A DNA stretch of 64,000 nucleotides from assembly GCA_039096225.1 (NCBI GenBank), contig JBBPEB010000014.1, positions 310,001 through 374,000 on the forward strand, read 5' to 3'. The DNA is from Blastocystis sp. Blastoise. Taxonomy: Eukaryota > Protista > Bigyra: Opalinata. Positions 45,442-63,512 of the stretch are shown in pieces. The first letter of the stretch is position 1. Every line of letters starts with the position of its first letter. The notes below the pieces were generated by a model. The model was not told where the DNA came from. It saw only the letters and a list, made by a program, of their open reading frames with translations, and did not search any database. Made by a program: the position numbers and the translations under genes.

Positions 45442-46322
45442 CTTGATTAAAACAAAAAATATATTTACCCAATATCTATCCAGCAACAATATTTTTCCTT
45501 TTATGACGCTCCATAGGTCAGTCGAAAAAAATCAGAAATCTGATTCGACAAATAATTTGTTGACCAATAAGAAACGAATACCTGTTTTAAACAAAAAAAA
45601 AAGTAAAAAAGTCGAAAAAACGGTGTTTTTTTGTAGAACACAATGTAATAATATTATTAATTTTGTTTACCCTTGAGTTTTGATTCATTTCAATTTTTGA
45701 ATTTGTTTAGAAACTATTCCTATCTAATAATGAATTGAATGAGAAGTATTTAATTATAATTATGTAGGTTTTTGCATGATAAATGGTGAATTCTGACCAT
45801 TGACAACAAAATGTTCACGTCTTTTTTTAATCAAAATATATTATGAGGAACAATTTCTACGTCCACACTCAGTCATTTATGAAAAAAAATATGAAACGTT
45901 ACTAACTCTACTGTGTGAAAAAAGTATAGTTTAAACAAAAATATATGTATTTATTAGAATTATCAATATATGCATATTCAAAACAATTGTAATGGAGTTA
46001 TTTTATATTAAATAAAAATCTTTCTTGATACTATGATACTTTTTTGTGGTTTTTAATATATTTTTAATATGGAAAACATTTAAGTGAGAATAGATCATAA
46101 TAAAAGAGCAAAATTAGTTATACAGAAAGGAAAAACTAATTATAAAACAGAACAAAAAAAATATAGAAAAAAAAATGTTAGAAATGAAAGAAACAACATA
46201 AAAAGCACATAATATTTTCAATATTGATGAAATCATATCGATAATGAATAAGCTAACAACTGTTTGAGAATGCATTAATAATAATTGATTCTATATGTAA
46301 AAAGAAAGATATTTCATCGGAA

Positions 46323-46391
46323 TTAATAATTCATGGTTGGAGGTGATATATTATTATTATTTTTAAATAGCATAGGTGGAGGAGGAAGAGG

Positions 46392-46431
<40 letters not shown>

Positions 46432-46507
46432 GTAAATAACATAGGTGGGAGAGGAAGAGTAGTATTGTTATTGTTATTATTATTAAATAACATAGGTGGA
46501 GGAGGTA

Positions 46508-46584
<77 letters not shown>

Positions 46585-46990
46585 GTAAATATCATAGGTG
46601 GGAGAGGAAGAGTAGTATTATTATTGTTGTTATTATTATTAAATAACATAGGCGGAGGAGGTATTGTATCATTAGTATTATTATTTATATTATTATTAGC
46701 AGACATAGGTGGAGGAGGTATATTATTATTATTATTATTAGAAGACATAGGTGGAGGAGGTATATTATTATTATTATTAATATTATTATTATTAGAAGAT
46801 ATAGGTGGAGGAGGTATTGTATCATTAGTATTATTATTTATATTATTATTAGCAGACATAGGTGGAGGAGGTATATTATTATTATTAATAATATTATTAT
46901 AATTAGCAGACATAGGTGGAGGAGGTATATTATTATTATTAACAATAATATTATTATTATTAGAAAACACAGGTGGAGGAGGTATATTAC

Positions 46991-47021
<31 letters not shown>

Positions 47022-47027
47022 ATTATA

Positions 47028-47061
<34 letters not shown>

Positions 47062-50000
47062 GTATCAGGATTAGATATTGGTAAAGAGATTGTAGGTGGT
47101 ATATTATTATTATTATTATTATACATCATAGGAGAAAAGGTGGGAGAAATAGGGCAATCATAATCAATATTTTGATTTTGTCTTGGATCTATCATAGGTA
47201 ATACAGTACTCACAAAAACTTTACTAGAAGGTGGAGCAGGAATAAAAGGTTGTGTTTCATTAGTTTGATTAGATGGTATAGAGGATATAGGTATGGTATT
47301 TAATGAAGCTTGTTCTGATGATTGTTGATAATTATATATATTATCAATAGATATATTATTATTACTAGTATAGCTATAGGATGACTGGACAGGAGGAGGA
47401 GGAGGAGTAGATGGTGTATCATTAATAGCATTCTGATTAGATATTACAGATGAAGAAGAAAAAACAGAAGGGAAGATATTTGTTGAAGAAGATGATGATT
47501 CTTCATTGATAGTAGATAATGAACTCTTCATAAGAGATGGCGGACATACTGAAATATTTTGAGAAACAAGAGAATTTATAAATGGTTGTGATTTAATAGG
47601 TGTATTTTGATTCATATATTGAGAATTATGATGTGAATCTTCATTTAATTTTTCTTGTTCTTCAATTATTATTGAAGGCACACCCATACATAACATGGAA
47701 GGAGCATGATTATTTGATGCTTCATAACTTGTTTTCGATGATATAGCTTCGATATCAGAAGCATTTGTATTAACTGAAGGAATATTCATAGAAGGAGTAT
47801 TAATATTGAAAGGAGGAGGAGCTATATTTTGACTCATATTATTATTCATAGTAGGAGGATTGATAGTAGGAGGATTGATAGAAGGAATATTCATAGAAGG
47901 AGTATTAATATTAAAAGGAGGAGGATCTATATTTTGACTCATATTATTATTATTATTATTATTATTATTCATAGTAGGAGGATTGATAGTAGGAGGATTA
48001 ATAGTAGGAAGAGGAATAGTAGGAGGATTGATAGAAGAAATATTCATAGAAGGAGTATTAATATTAAAAGGAGGAGGAGCTATATTTTGACTCATATTAT
48101 TAATATTCATAGTAGGAGGATTGATAGTAGGAAGATTGATAGTAGGAGGATTGATAGAAGAAATATTCATAGAACGAGTATTAATATTAAAAGGAGGAGG
48201 ATCTATATTTTGACTCATATTATTCATAGCAGGTGGAGGAATAGTAGGAGGAGAAATAGTAGGAGGATTAATAGTAGGAGGAGGAATAGAAGGAGGATTA
48301 GCATTAATAGTAGGAGGATTGATAGAAGGAATATTCATAGAAGGAGTATTAATATTAAAAGGAGGAGGATCTATATTTTGACTCATATTATTAATATTCA
48401 TAGTAGGAGGATTAATAGTAGGAGGAGGAATAGAAGGAGGATTAGCATTAATAGTAGGAGGATTGATAGAAGGAATATTCATAGAAGGAGTATTAATATT
48501 AAAAGGAGGAGGATCTATATTTTGACTCATATTATTAATATTCATAGTAGGAGGATTAATAGTAGGAGGAGGAATAGAAGGAGGATTAGCATTAATAGTA
48601 GGAGGATTGATAGAAGGAATATTCATAGAAGGAGTATTAATATTAAAAGGAGGAGGATCTATATTTTGACTCATATTATTAATATTCATAGTAGGAGGAT
48701 TGATAGTAGGAAGAGGAATAGTAGGAGGATTAGCATTAATAGTAGGAGGATTGATAGAAGGAATATTCATAGAAGGAGTATTAATATTAAAAGGAGGAGG
48801 AGCTATATTTTGACTCATATTATTAATATTCATAGTAGGAAGAGGAATAGTAGGAAGAGGAATAGTAGGAGGATTGATAGAAGAAATATTCATAGAACGA
48901 GTATTAATATTAAAAGGAGGAGGATCTATATTTTGACTCATATTATTCATAGCAGGAGGAGGAATAGTAGGAAGATTAGTATTAATAGTAGGAGGAATAG
49001 AAGGAGGATTAGCATTAAAAGGAGGAGGAATAGAAGGAGGATTAGTATTAATAGTATGTGGATTAATAGTAGGAGGATTAATAGTAGGAGGATTAATAGA
49101 AGGAGGATTGATAGTAGGAGGAGGAATAGTAGGAGGAGGAATAGAAGGAGGATTAGTATTAATAGTAGGAAGAGGAATAGAAGGAGGATTAGCATTAATA
49201 GGAGGAGGAATAGAAGGAAGATTAGTATTAATAGTATGTGAATTAATAGAAGGAAGATTAGCATTAATAGTAGGAAGATTAGCATTAATAGTAGGAGGAT
49301 TAATAGAAGGAATACTCACAGGAGGAGGTATATGGGATATTTCAAAAATGCTGCCATCATTATTTTTATTATGATCAATAATGATAGATGCATTAGGTAC
49401 AGAATTTTGTATTCCTTGAATATGAAATGAATTAGTTGTTCCTTTAGTATCATTTAATGATACTATTCTAGATGGACCAGTTTCAAGTGAATTTGTGTAG
49501 AGAGGAGGTGGTATTGTAGAAACGTTAGTTTTAATAGGAATTTGCTCAGTTTTAACAATATTAGTAGGAATAGTTATACCAGAATTTACATTATGAAGAC
49601 TAGGTATTTTAATATTATTATTACTATTTGCATAACCAGATACAGAAGATGACTGTGATAATTCTGCAGGATTTATAGGGTAGTTGTTAGGTAAAGGATT
49701 AGATTCATTTGAAGATGTTTTAATAGCGAACTGTGGGAGAGAAGGTAGTGGAATCGGGACAGAATTGTTGGAAAGGGATTTATTAGCATCTTTACGTTTA
49801 TTATATCGAGCAATTTCCCTGTCTTCTTTTGCAAATAAATTTTTACCTTTAAAACCACTTCTTTGATTACTTGGAGAATCACAATCACTACTATCACTAT
49901 CACTACTTGAATAATCATTTGCTAAATGCTTTGGACGTAAACAAGCTAATGAATCAACTTCCTGCTGCTTTCTAGCATTTGTTTGATCTATCTTATTTCT

Positions 50001-50219
50001 CATTCTCTTTTGATTATCTGTTTCTTCCCTATTTGAACCAGGATTTTGTGAATTATATTTATTTTGAGAATTATGAAAATTACGAGGACTACTTTCAGAT
50101 TCAGACGAATCACATTCTGATGAACTACTAGAATCATCAATTAAATCATTTAAGTATCTGTTAGTAGTTGACCTCATATGAGACTTGGCTTTTTGATTGT
50201 TTCTTACTGAAGAATACAT
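46323..50219 (-). CDS. intronless Pro/Asn-rich repetitive protein (1298 aa), function unknown
   Basis: Single long ORF with ATG and TAA; Ser/Arg-rich N-terminus, central 48-aa Pro repeats, C-terminal (N)n-IPPPPM units; no globular domain recognised. Confidence 0.8.
47770..48960 (-). repeat. 144-bp coding tandem repeat (MNINNMSQNIDPPPFNINTPSMNIPSINPPTINANPPSIPPPTINPPT)
   Basis: GGAGGAGGATCTATATTTTG recurs at 48361, 48505 and 48649 (144-nt period), with degenerate flanking copies. Confidence 0.9.
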
Positions 50220-51205
50220 CTATGTTTTAGTTATCTCTTGATTATAGTACTAAAATATTAATAATTCCTTTTATTACTTATTTTAGTAAAGAAAGAAACA
50301 CTAAATAGAAATGAACTTAGAATTATTAAAAAAAACTAATGAATTGGATTCTTTTATAATTATTGAATACTCAATAGGAGTTATTTCAATATTCCCGCAA
50401 TAAGAGTTTTACAAGAAAAACTGTGAAACTTGGTTTTATTTTATATTTTGTTTTGTTTCTAGCTTGTTTGCTGTGAATTTAATATATAAACATCGATAGG
50501 AATATTATGATTTGCTTAGCAATTAGTTATAAAATCAAAGAAAAAAGGACATCATTGATGAGTTTCTATGAAAGAAATAGATCATTTTCGTTGGATATCA
50601 TAACGAAAAGAATAATTCACAATGATTTATTACACTTAAATTAAGTTTTCGTATTTATTATAAATTCAACTCAAACAAAAAGTGTCAACTGTCGCTTTTA
50701 AGTCCTAGATCGTATCAAATCATATAGATAACGATGGGTGTATATTTGAAAGAACAATTCATTTGATATAGGTCAAATAAGGGACAATAATGAAATCTGT
50801 GTATTCATAATCGTCTAAACTGATATATATCTGTTCTGAAAAATACTATTCAGCAATTTATATGCTAAAAGAATCATGATAAAGATAATTATGTTTATCT
50901 AGATTAGCAACTAAATCAATACAGTAAATCAATATTTAGAATACCAGTCTTTATTCTTTGTCTCCACTAACTGTTAGATTTCTAAATCATAAAAGAAAAA
51001 ATGTAATTATCTCTATTTTAATGATTTATATTAATAAGCAAATACATGCATTATCACATATTATTTACCTAAATAGACATTAACCAACACTCATCAATGC
51101 ATATATCACGAATACTATACAATTTGAAAAGACTAAAAATTTTCAGTACTAATCTGAATTTTTGTTGACTATACTCAAGGATCTAATAAGAAATTATTTA
51201 TTGCT

Positions 51206-55570
<4,365 letters not shown>

Positions 55571-55936
55571 ATATTATTATTATTTATCTTCGATATCCAT
55601 TAAAAGTCCATTTTTTTAAATTGAAATTATTTCTTAAGCTATTTATGTGTATTTATGATTATTCTCATTTATATTATCTACTATTATGATGAATTTTATT
55701 TAATTTAGTATATATTGTATCTTTCTTCAATCTTTAAAAAAAATTGTTTCTTTTTCTTCGTTTTATTATTTTTTCATATAACTGTAGTTATTGATCAAAT
55801 ACTGAAATGAAATCTCTTCAACTAAAGTCCCTCTTATGAAATAAACAAAGAAGATTAACAAGAATATCTAAGAAATAATAGAAAACAAGTGGGAGTATTT
55901 TGTTTGACTCTTTTAAAAAGAATTTGGTTCTGTTAG

Positions 55937-56006
55937 TTGATTGGCTTAAATATAAATAATCATTTGATTGGCTTATTATTCACCGATTATCCAATAAATT
56001 GATTGG
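55937..56006 (+). promoter_or_regulatory. cluster of four CCAAT boxes upstream of the histone-chaperone-like gene
   Basis: ATTGG 55940-44, ATTGG 55967-71 (both within an identical TTGATTGGCTTA), CCAAT 55991-95, ATTGG 56002-06. Confidence 0.6.
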
Positions 56007-56302
56007 AAATCAAAAGTGTTTCAAAGCTGTGTCATTTCCAGGAATATTCTAGCATTTATCCACAGAAACAACCAAAAGAGAAATTGTTGCCAAAAAGATG
56101 AAATTCATGAAAAAAGTGATTTTCTGAGGTATGATAGTAGAAATAACCTTGATTTTTCGTGAATTATAAAAGGTATCAAAGTGCTTCACCTCTGTATGAA
56201 ACCATACTTACAGACATTGTTTAAAAGTTTAAGCTCTTAAAGAAATAATTCGTATATTTTATATTATTTTCTGTCAATCCATATAGTGGTTATTCTGCTA
56301 AT

Positions 56303-57810
56303 ATGAGTGAAACTCCAATTAATAACGAACAAATGCAACCTGTTGAAGCTCCTGCTCCTATAGTGAATCCTGTACCTGAGCCAGAGATTCCTGTTCCCCA
56401 ACCTCAAGTTGAACAACAATTACCCGCACCTCAACTTGTTGATGAAATAAGTATAGAACCTCAAGCTGCACCTATTACTGAAACTGTTCCCATTCATGAA
56501 CAACCTGCTGTTCCTCAACGTATATTTAAATTATCAATTTTTCTAAATATTTTATTATTATTACTATTTTTATAATATTTATATTTATTTATTTATATAG
56601 CTGTTGTTGAAGAACCTAAAGAAGAACCTGTTGCTGATGAAGAAGCTATCAAACAAGAAGATGAATCTGCTCCTGTTGCTGCTCCTTCAAATGGAAAGAA
56701 AACTTATGAAAAACGTGCTAAGAAAGAACAACCTGTTTATGCTGAAGATGATTTTGAAGATGAAGAAGATGATATCCCTGAACCTGAAGATGATGAAGAT
56801 GAATGGAGTTCAGATGATAATGTATATAATATATTTATATATTATAATTTATATATTATAATTTATATATTATTATTATTATTATTATTATTATAAAATA
56901 TAATTTTCTTTAGAAAAAGAAGAAGTCTAAGAAAATTAATAAACGTAAACAATATTTCGATGATGATGATGATGATATGGATGATTATGAAAGTCCTAGA
57001 AAGAGACGAAAGACTACTAGAGCCAAGAAAACACCTGCTGTTCCTCGTGCTCCTCGTGTTAAAGATCCTGAATCAATTGCTGCCTTAAAAACTATGGCTA
57101 AAGTTATGGGTTTTGGTAGTCGTTTATGTCGTGGTCTTAAGAGTTTATCTGTTGAAGAACAACAAAAAACTTTAAAAGAAAGACTTATCAAAGAAGGTGC
57201 TGAAATTGCTGGTGAATATCCTACTGAAGAAGAAGTATACATATATTATGTTAATGAATTTTTTTTTACATAATTTTTATTTTTTTATCATTATTTTTTA
57301 TTATTATTTTTTATTATTATTTTTTATTATTATTTTTTATTATTATTTTTTTATTATTATTTTTTATTATTTTTTTTTATTATTATTTTTTTTTATTATT
57401 ATATATTATTAATTTCTATTTATAATAGATTGATAAAGCTGCTTATAAGATTGAAGAAGCTGAAGAAGAAAAATATAAACAACGTGATGAAGACCTTCAA
57501 ACTTCTGGTCGTGGTTCCAGAAAAGCTGCTCAAGCTGCCAAAGAAATGTTAAAGAGAGTCTGTTTATGTATTTCTTCCTTATTATTCTATTAAAAATTCT
57601 CTTATCTTCAGAACTGTCTTTCTTTTTTTTCTTTTTTTTTTTTTTAAGGTTTCTCTGTTTTCCATTTGTATTTCTCTAATTTTCTTCTTTTTTTCTCTTT
57701 TTCTTTTTTTATAATAGAATCATCTTCTATATGATTAACAAACTCTTTATTTAGTAATCCCACTTCTATAGAAGCAAAATGTTCCACAAGATGCATATAC
57801 TGATGAATAA
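56303..57810 (+). CDS. HIRIP3-like (CHZ-type) histone chaperone
   Basis: Pro/Glu-rich N-terminus, acidic and basic tracts, then SIAALKTMAKVMGFGSRLCRGLKSLSVEEQQKTLKERLIKEGAEIAGEYPTEEE/IDKAAYKIEEAEE, resembling the HIRIP3 C-terminal domain; final exon KQNVPQDAYTDE-TAA. Confidence 0.6.
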
Positions 57811-58330
57811 ACCATTATACATTTAACTTTTTACTATCATATAATTCTCTTATTGCTATTTTTTTTTAACATTCTGCATATCTATACGTTTTATGAACAT
57901 GTACATATTTGCTTTTTTTATATCTTTTTTTAATATATTTTTACTATTTGTTCGTTTTATATCTTTTTCAAACCTTTAGCTTATTTAATCTCTGTTTAAG
58001 GTTCTTATTTGTACTATTCATTAAATCATTTACTTTTATTTTGTTTAACCGTTGGTATTTTAATAAAAAAAACAACAAAGAGAATAAAAAAATAGAAATA
58101 AAAAAACGCAAATACCGTTGTGTTTTTATTACGTCTTCGAGTCATTGCGAAGATTCCCGCGAAACTCGACGAGAACCAGGCTTCAGTAGCGAAAGTTCCT
58201 TTGGTCAATAATGACGCATCCTGTCTCAACCGACTCCTTACTCCGTTTTTATTGGATAATTTGGGATTAAGAAAAGTTGTCATAAAAACTGATTTTGCAA
58301 AAGATCCAGACAATAGAAATTTATCACACC

Positions 58331-60343
58331 ATGCACTTTTCCAACCTGTATGTCCTTAATTACAACGTGTTTACTATTTCTAGAGCTAAGAGGTGTTGTA
58401 AGCAATCTCCATATGAAGAATACCTTAAGATTTTACATAAATGTGAATCTGAACCATACTCCCTTGAATACCCTGAAAATACTATTCTTCTCAATAGCGC
58501 TGAATGTACAACGAACTGGAAACTGTTTATCGACAAATATGAACACTTTTATCAACTTCACGAACAGGATAATCGATATGGAAACTACGAAGGAAGACAA
58601 TACTTGTTGAATTCATTATCAAAGTTCTTATCAACATATGTATATCAGACAAATGTGTCGTCAAATGAATTAGTATGTACTTGTGGATCTGGAGCTGCAT
58701 TCGAACTATTAACATCTTGTATTTGTGATGAAGGAGATGCTATATTAGGTATTTTTCTTTTACTATTTTCTTGTTTTCTCGTTTCTTGTTTTCTTAATTG
58801 TGTTCTTTTTTATTGTTTTATGTGTATCTTTTCTTATTTTATTAAAACTGTGATTTATTCAAAGTATTTAACTATTTTATATATGTTTCTAGTAATTACA
58901 CCAGCCTATTTTGCTTTTGAAAGAGATTTAACACTAAAAACGAACACATGTTTGTACTATGTCGACACACATTCTTCAAATTTTAAGATAACTGATGAAC
59001 AACTTGAAAATACTTATCAACATGTTTTAAATGATGGAAAAGAAGCAAGAGTATTTTTTTATTCATTTTCTCTTTTCTCATTTTTCTTTTTTATGAATTT
59101 CCATATAATATAATTATTCATTCATTGTTATTTTTCAATAATGTTATTATTAAGATTATATTATGAATATAGATGCTTGTTTTTACTAATCCATCAAATC
59201 CAGTTGGAGTTGTTTATTCTGAAGAAGAAATGAGAATAATATTATCATTCTGCAGAAGACATGATATTCATATAGTATATACTTTTATAAAAATTCATAA
59301 TCGATGTCAATTATTGTTGTTCTTCTCGATTGTTTTATTAACATATACCTTTACATATATGCATTTATAGTTTAGTGATGAAGTTTATGCACTTTCTGTT
59401 GAAGAATCTGTATGTTTTTTAATACAAATTATTTAAAATATTGTTTCTATAGAATTCCAATGGATTTATTAGTTTTTCAAAATTAATTGAAAATGATCCA
59501 ATTCAAGATGACGTTACTATTGTATATATATATATATAATTGTTTGATTTATGATATTTGTTTTACCAATTTTCATACAAATATTATTTATAAAAAGCAT
59601 ATTTTTTAAATATTTTCTATTATTCTTTAGCATTGGGGATTAAGTAAAGATTTTGGCCTTCCAGGATTTCGATTTGCATCTTTATTTACTCATAACAAAG
59701 AATTATTAGATTATATGAAGAATTTAAATTATTTATATGAAATACCATCAGTAGCACAATCTGTAATTTCTAATGTAAATATATATATATATATTTTTTT
59801 TTATAAATTTTAGCCCAATTATTATAATTATTTATAATTGAATCTATAGATGTTAGAAGATGATGAGTTCATTCAATTACATTTAAAGTGTTATATACAA
59901 ACAGTGTCTAAAGAAAGGCAGCATATGCAGAATTTCTTTAAAGAACACAATATTCCTTTTTATAGAAATAATGCTTCTTTTTTCCTTTATATTGATTTAA
60001 GGTATATATTTTCATTAGTTATTTATTTATATATTTATTTTATATTCATTATTTATTTATTTATTTATATATTTATTTTTTTATTTATTTATATATCTAT
60101 ATATATATTTAATATAGTTCATATTTAAAAGAAAAAACATTTGAAAATGAGATGGAATTATGTTTATATTTATGTAAACAAGGAAAAGTTCTTCTCTCTC
60201 CTGGTAAAAGTTTTTATTCTCAGACTCCTGGATGGTTTCGTATTGTTTTTACAAAGAACTCTCATGAAGTCACTGCTTTAGGTCTTGAACGCTTAATAAA
60301 TGCTCTTCAATCATGGGAATATCACACTTCAGTCTCATTATGA
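58331..60343 (+). CDS. PLP-dependent aminotransferase class I/II, 1-aminocyclopropane-1-carboxylate synthase-like
   Basis: LNSAE, YGNYEG, TCGSGAAFE, CDEGDAIL/VITPAY, FTNPSNPVG, SDEVYALS, WGLSKDFGLPGFRF (PLP lysine), PGWFRIVF. Confidence 0.88.
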
Positions 60344-61644
60344 TTCTATTCTAACTCTATTATGTCATTCTACATACTTTCTGAATCACATTATATTCAT
60401 ATTGTCTTTAATCTTTTATATTATTTATCTGTACTATTATTTTACTATTACAAATTTTATATTTGTATTGCTATAAATTATTTTGCTCACTAAATTCACT
60501 ATTTTGCTTACTCTTTTGCACCTTATTGCTTTTATACTATTCATTATTGTATATTATCTTTTTTTTTTTTTGCTCTTTTTTATTAACCAGCCTTATATAT
60601 ATATATATATATATATATTTATGAAAATCATTCATTTTTTATTGTATAATTATTGGTATATATACTTTTTATATATGTTTAATTATACATATTGCTCAAT
60701 TTATTGAACTATTTTGATGCTATATTATATAAACTATATACTTGTTTTCCATCTTTTAATTTTTTTAGGTTTAGAATTTCTTCTTTTTTATACTTCTTGT
60801 GTACTGTATATTATTCATTCTTTTCTACTTCTTAACTTTCATGGGCTTTTTATTGCTGTCCTTATGCTAATATAACTGCTTTTTATATTATTGTTTCCTT
60901 TCGTTTTTCATCATTTTTTTTAGCTTAATAACAATACAAGAAAAGAAAACGATTGTTTTCCTTTTTTATGTATTAATTCATGTTTCAAAAGAGACTCATA
61001 TTCACATGCTTCGATACAGAACGTATCTATTTCTATTTGAATAATTAACCTAAAAACCATGAGTACGTTTTCTCTTGTTTCAATTATTCTTCACATATGA
61101 ATCATCATAATATCTTATTATTGCTTATATAACATATTGCAAATAAAATCAACTATGAACAAAAGAAATTACTACTTTTGAAAAAAACATTTCATATTCT
61201 TTTATTCATTCATTCGTTTTTCTTCTCATTTCACATTAATACAGGGTATGGAATTGTTTTCTTTTTTATATTATTGAAATCAACTTTAAAAAAGATATGG
61301 ACAATATCTTTGATCATAATCTATCAGTTACTACAACATACATATTACAGTTGAATCTATTTGTGAAGCTTAGAATGAGTAGTTATATGTAGATAGTATT
61401 AACTACTTTAAAAACACTTTAAAAATTCCACATTTAAAAAAAAATTGAAATTTAAAAGAATTGGTTGTTTCTCGATGGTCGTTCCATAAAAATAATGAAT
61501 ATTTCTCGGGGAAACCAATGAGTTTCCTGGGGAATAATAGACACAGAACAGTTCGTCATGAATCACAAACACAAAACAAAAATTACACCTGTGTTTCTTT
61601 TTTGGTTTTTCTTTTGTAAATTAAAATTTATTAAATGAATTGAT

Positions 61645-62468
61645 ATGCTATTTCTTTTACTTGCATTTCTTTTTCTTTCCGTATCTGGGAATCCATTAAG
61701 GCTTTGGCCATACCCAAATTCTGTTACTTTTGGAAATAATAATATAACTATTGATAATTATTCTGTAACTTTAAGTCTTACAACACCTTGTCAGGATTTC
61801 GAGGATTCATACAAAAGATTCCTTTCTACAACTTTTATGCATAAAGCTCGATTAACTCAAGGTAACGATATCAAAAAGATTATCGTTGAGATTTTAGAAC
61901 CTAATGCTTCTTTACAAGTATTTATGTCATCATTAATGAAGATTTATTCTTTTTTTTTTAGTATGGAGTTAATGAATCATTCTATTTAAATATACCTAAA
62001 GATGGTAATCCAGTGAAGATATCCAGTCAAACTGTTTTTGGAGCTTATTATGCACTTAATACACTTTCACAATTAATTGAATTTGATACTTCATCAGAGA
62101 CTTATAAGATTATGAATGTCCCTATAGTTATCTATGATTCTCCACTCTATAAAGTATACATTTAGTACATAAATTCTTATTATTTGAAAGAATAATATTA
62201 ATAATAATAAAGAAAATAATAATTAATAATAAAAATAATCTTAATATATATATATATAGCACAGAGGTATTTTATTAGATACAGGTAGTCATTATTTCCC
62301 TATAAAATCTCTATATAAATTTATTGATTCACTTGCTTATAATAAGATTAATACATTTCATTGGGTTATTTCTAATAAAGAATCTCAACCCCTCCAATCC
62401 TATGATTTCCCAGATGCTTGGAATGGAGCTTTTAGTGATTATGAAAAATATACACTGGTATATAGATG

Positions 62469-62499
<31 letters not shown>

Positions 62500-63469
62500 T
62501 TTTTTTTTTTTTTTTTTTTATTTTTATTTTTATTTTTATTTTTTTTTTATTTTTATTATATAGATGGATGTTAGTTCCCTCGTTCAATATGGCGCCAAAA
62601 GAGGTGTTCGTCTTGTTCCAGAGTTTGGATTACTTAACAATGCACAACCTTTCTGTCAACTCCGTATATACTTATTATCTCTTCTAGAATTATATTATTA
62701 TTATCATTATTATTATTATTATATACATTATTATATTTTCTAAAGTTAGAGTTATTTATTTTATTATTGCAAAATTTTTTTAGTTTTATTCATTTATTTT
62801 ATTATTATTGGTTTCCATTTTATATATATCATATGTTTTATATATATGTATATATAGAAGATTCTTTATGTCCAAGTAGTAAATGTATGTCTCCTATTCA
62901 TCCAGGTAGTAATATAACTACATTTCTTATTGAATCTATTCTCAATGAATGGACAGCTGTTGCTGCTTCTCCTACTCCTTCTCCTACTCCTTCTCCTACT
63001 ACTACTCCTAAACCTCATTCAAGTGTATTTCATTTCTCAAATGATGAGGAACGAAAACATTATTTTTATTATATAAATCGTGATTATTTCGAATTGTATT
63101 CGAAAAGAATAAAAACTCATAAAGGTGGATATTATGAGCATTTGTGGTTATATGCCTATATATTAGAGTCTCTTGATAATCCTATTTTACGTAGTCGTTT
63201 AGCAAAGGCAAATCAAAAAGAATGGACTCAATATTGTGATAGAGAACGGTATATACTTGAATTTATAGAAGAAGAAAAACGGGCTAGTCTTGATGTGGAA
63301 GAATATGATGATTCTGATGATCATAATAATAGAGATAATGAAGAATATAATGATAATAAGAATACATTAAGCTATGAATCATTAGAAACTGGATATAATG
63401 GAGTTTTCCAAGATAAATATATTCATATTGGAGGATCAAATGTATATAGAATATTCTATAATATCTATA

Positions 63470-63512
<43 letters not shown>

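Noticed and set aside
47829-49241. 470-aa Arg/Ile-rich ORF antisense to the Pro-rich gene
   Set aside because: It is a stop-free shadow of the tandem repeat, starts at TTG, and coincides with the repeat.
58026-58359. Overlapping ORFs on both strands across the GC-rich island
   Set aside because: They have non-ATG starts, no recognisable homology and no exon structure; kept only as an ncRNA/regulatory candidate.
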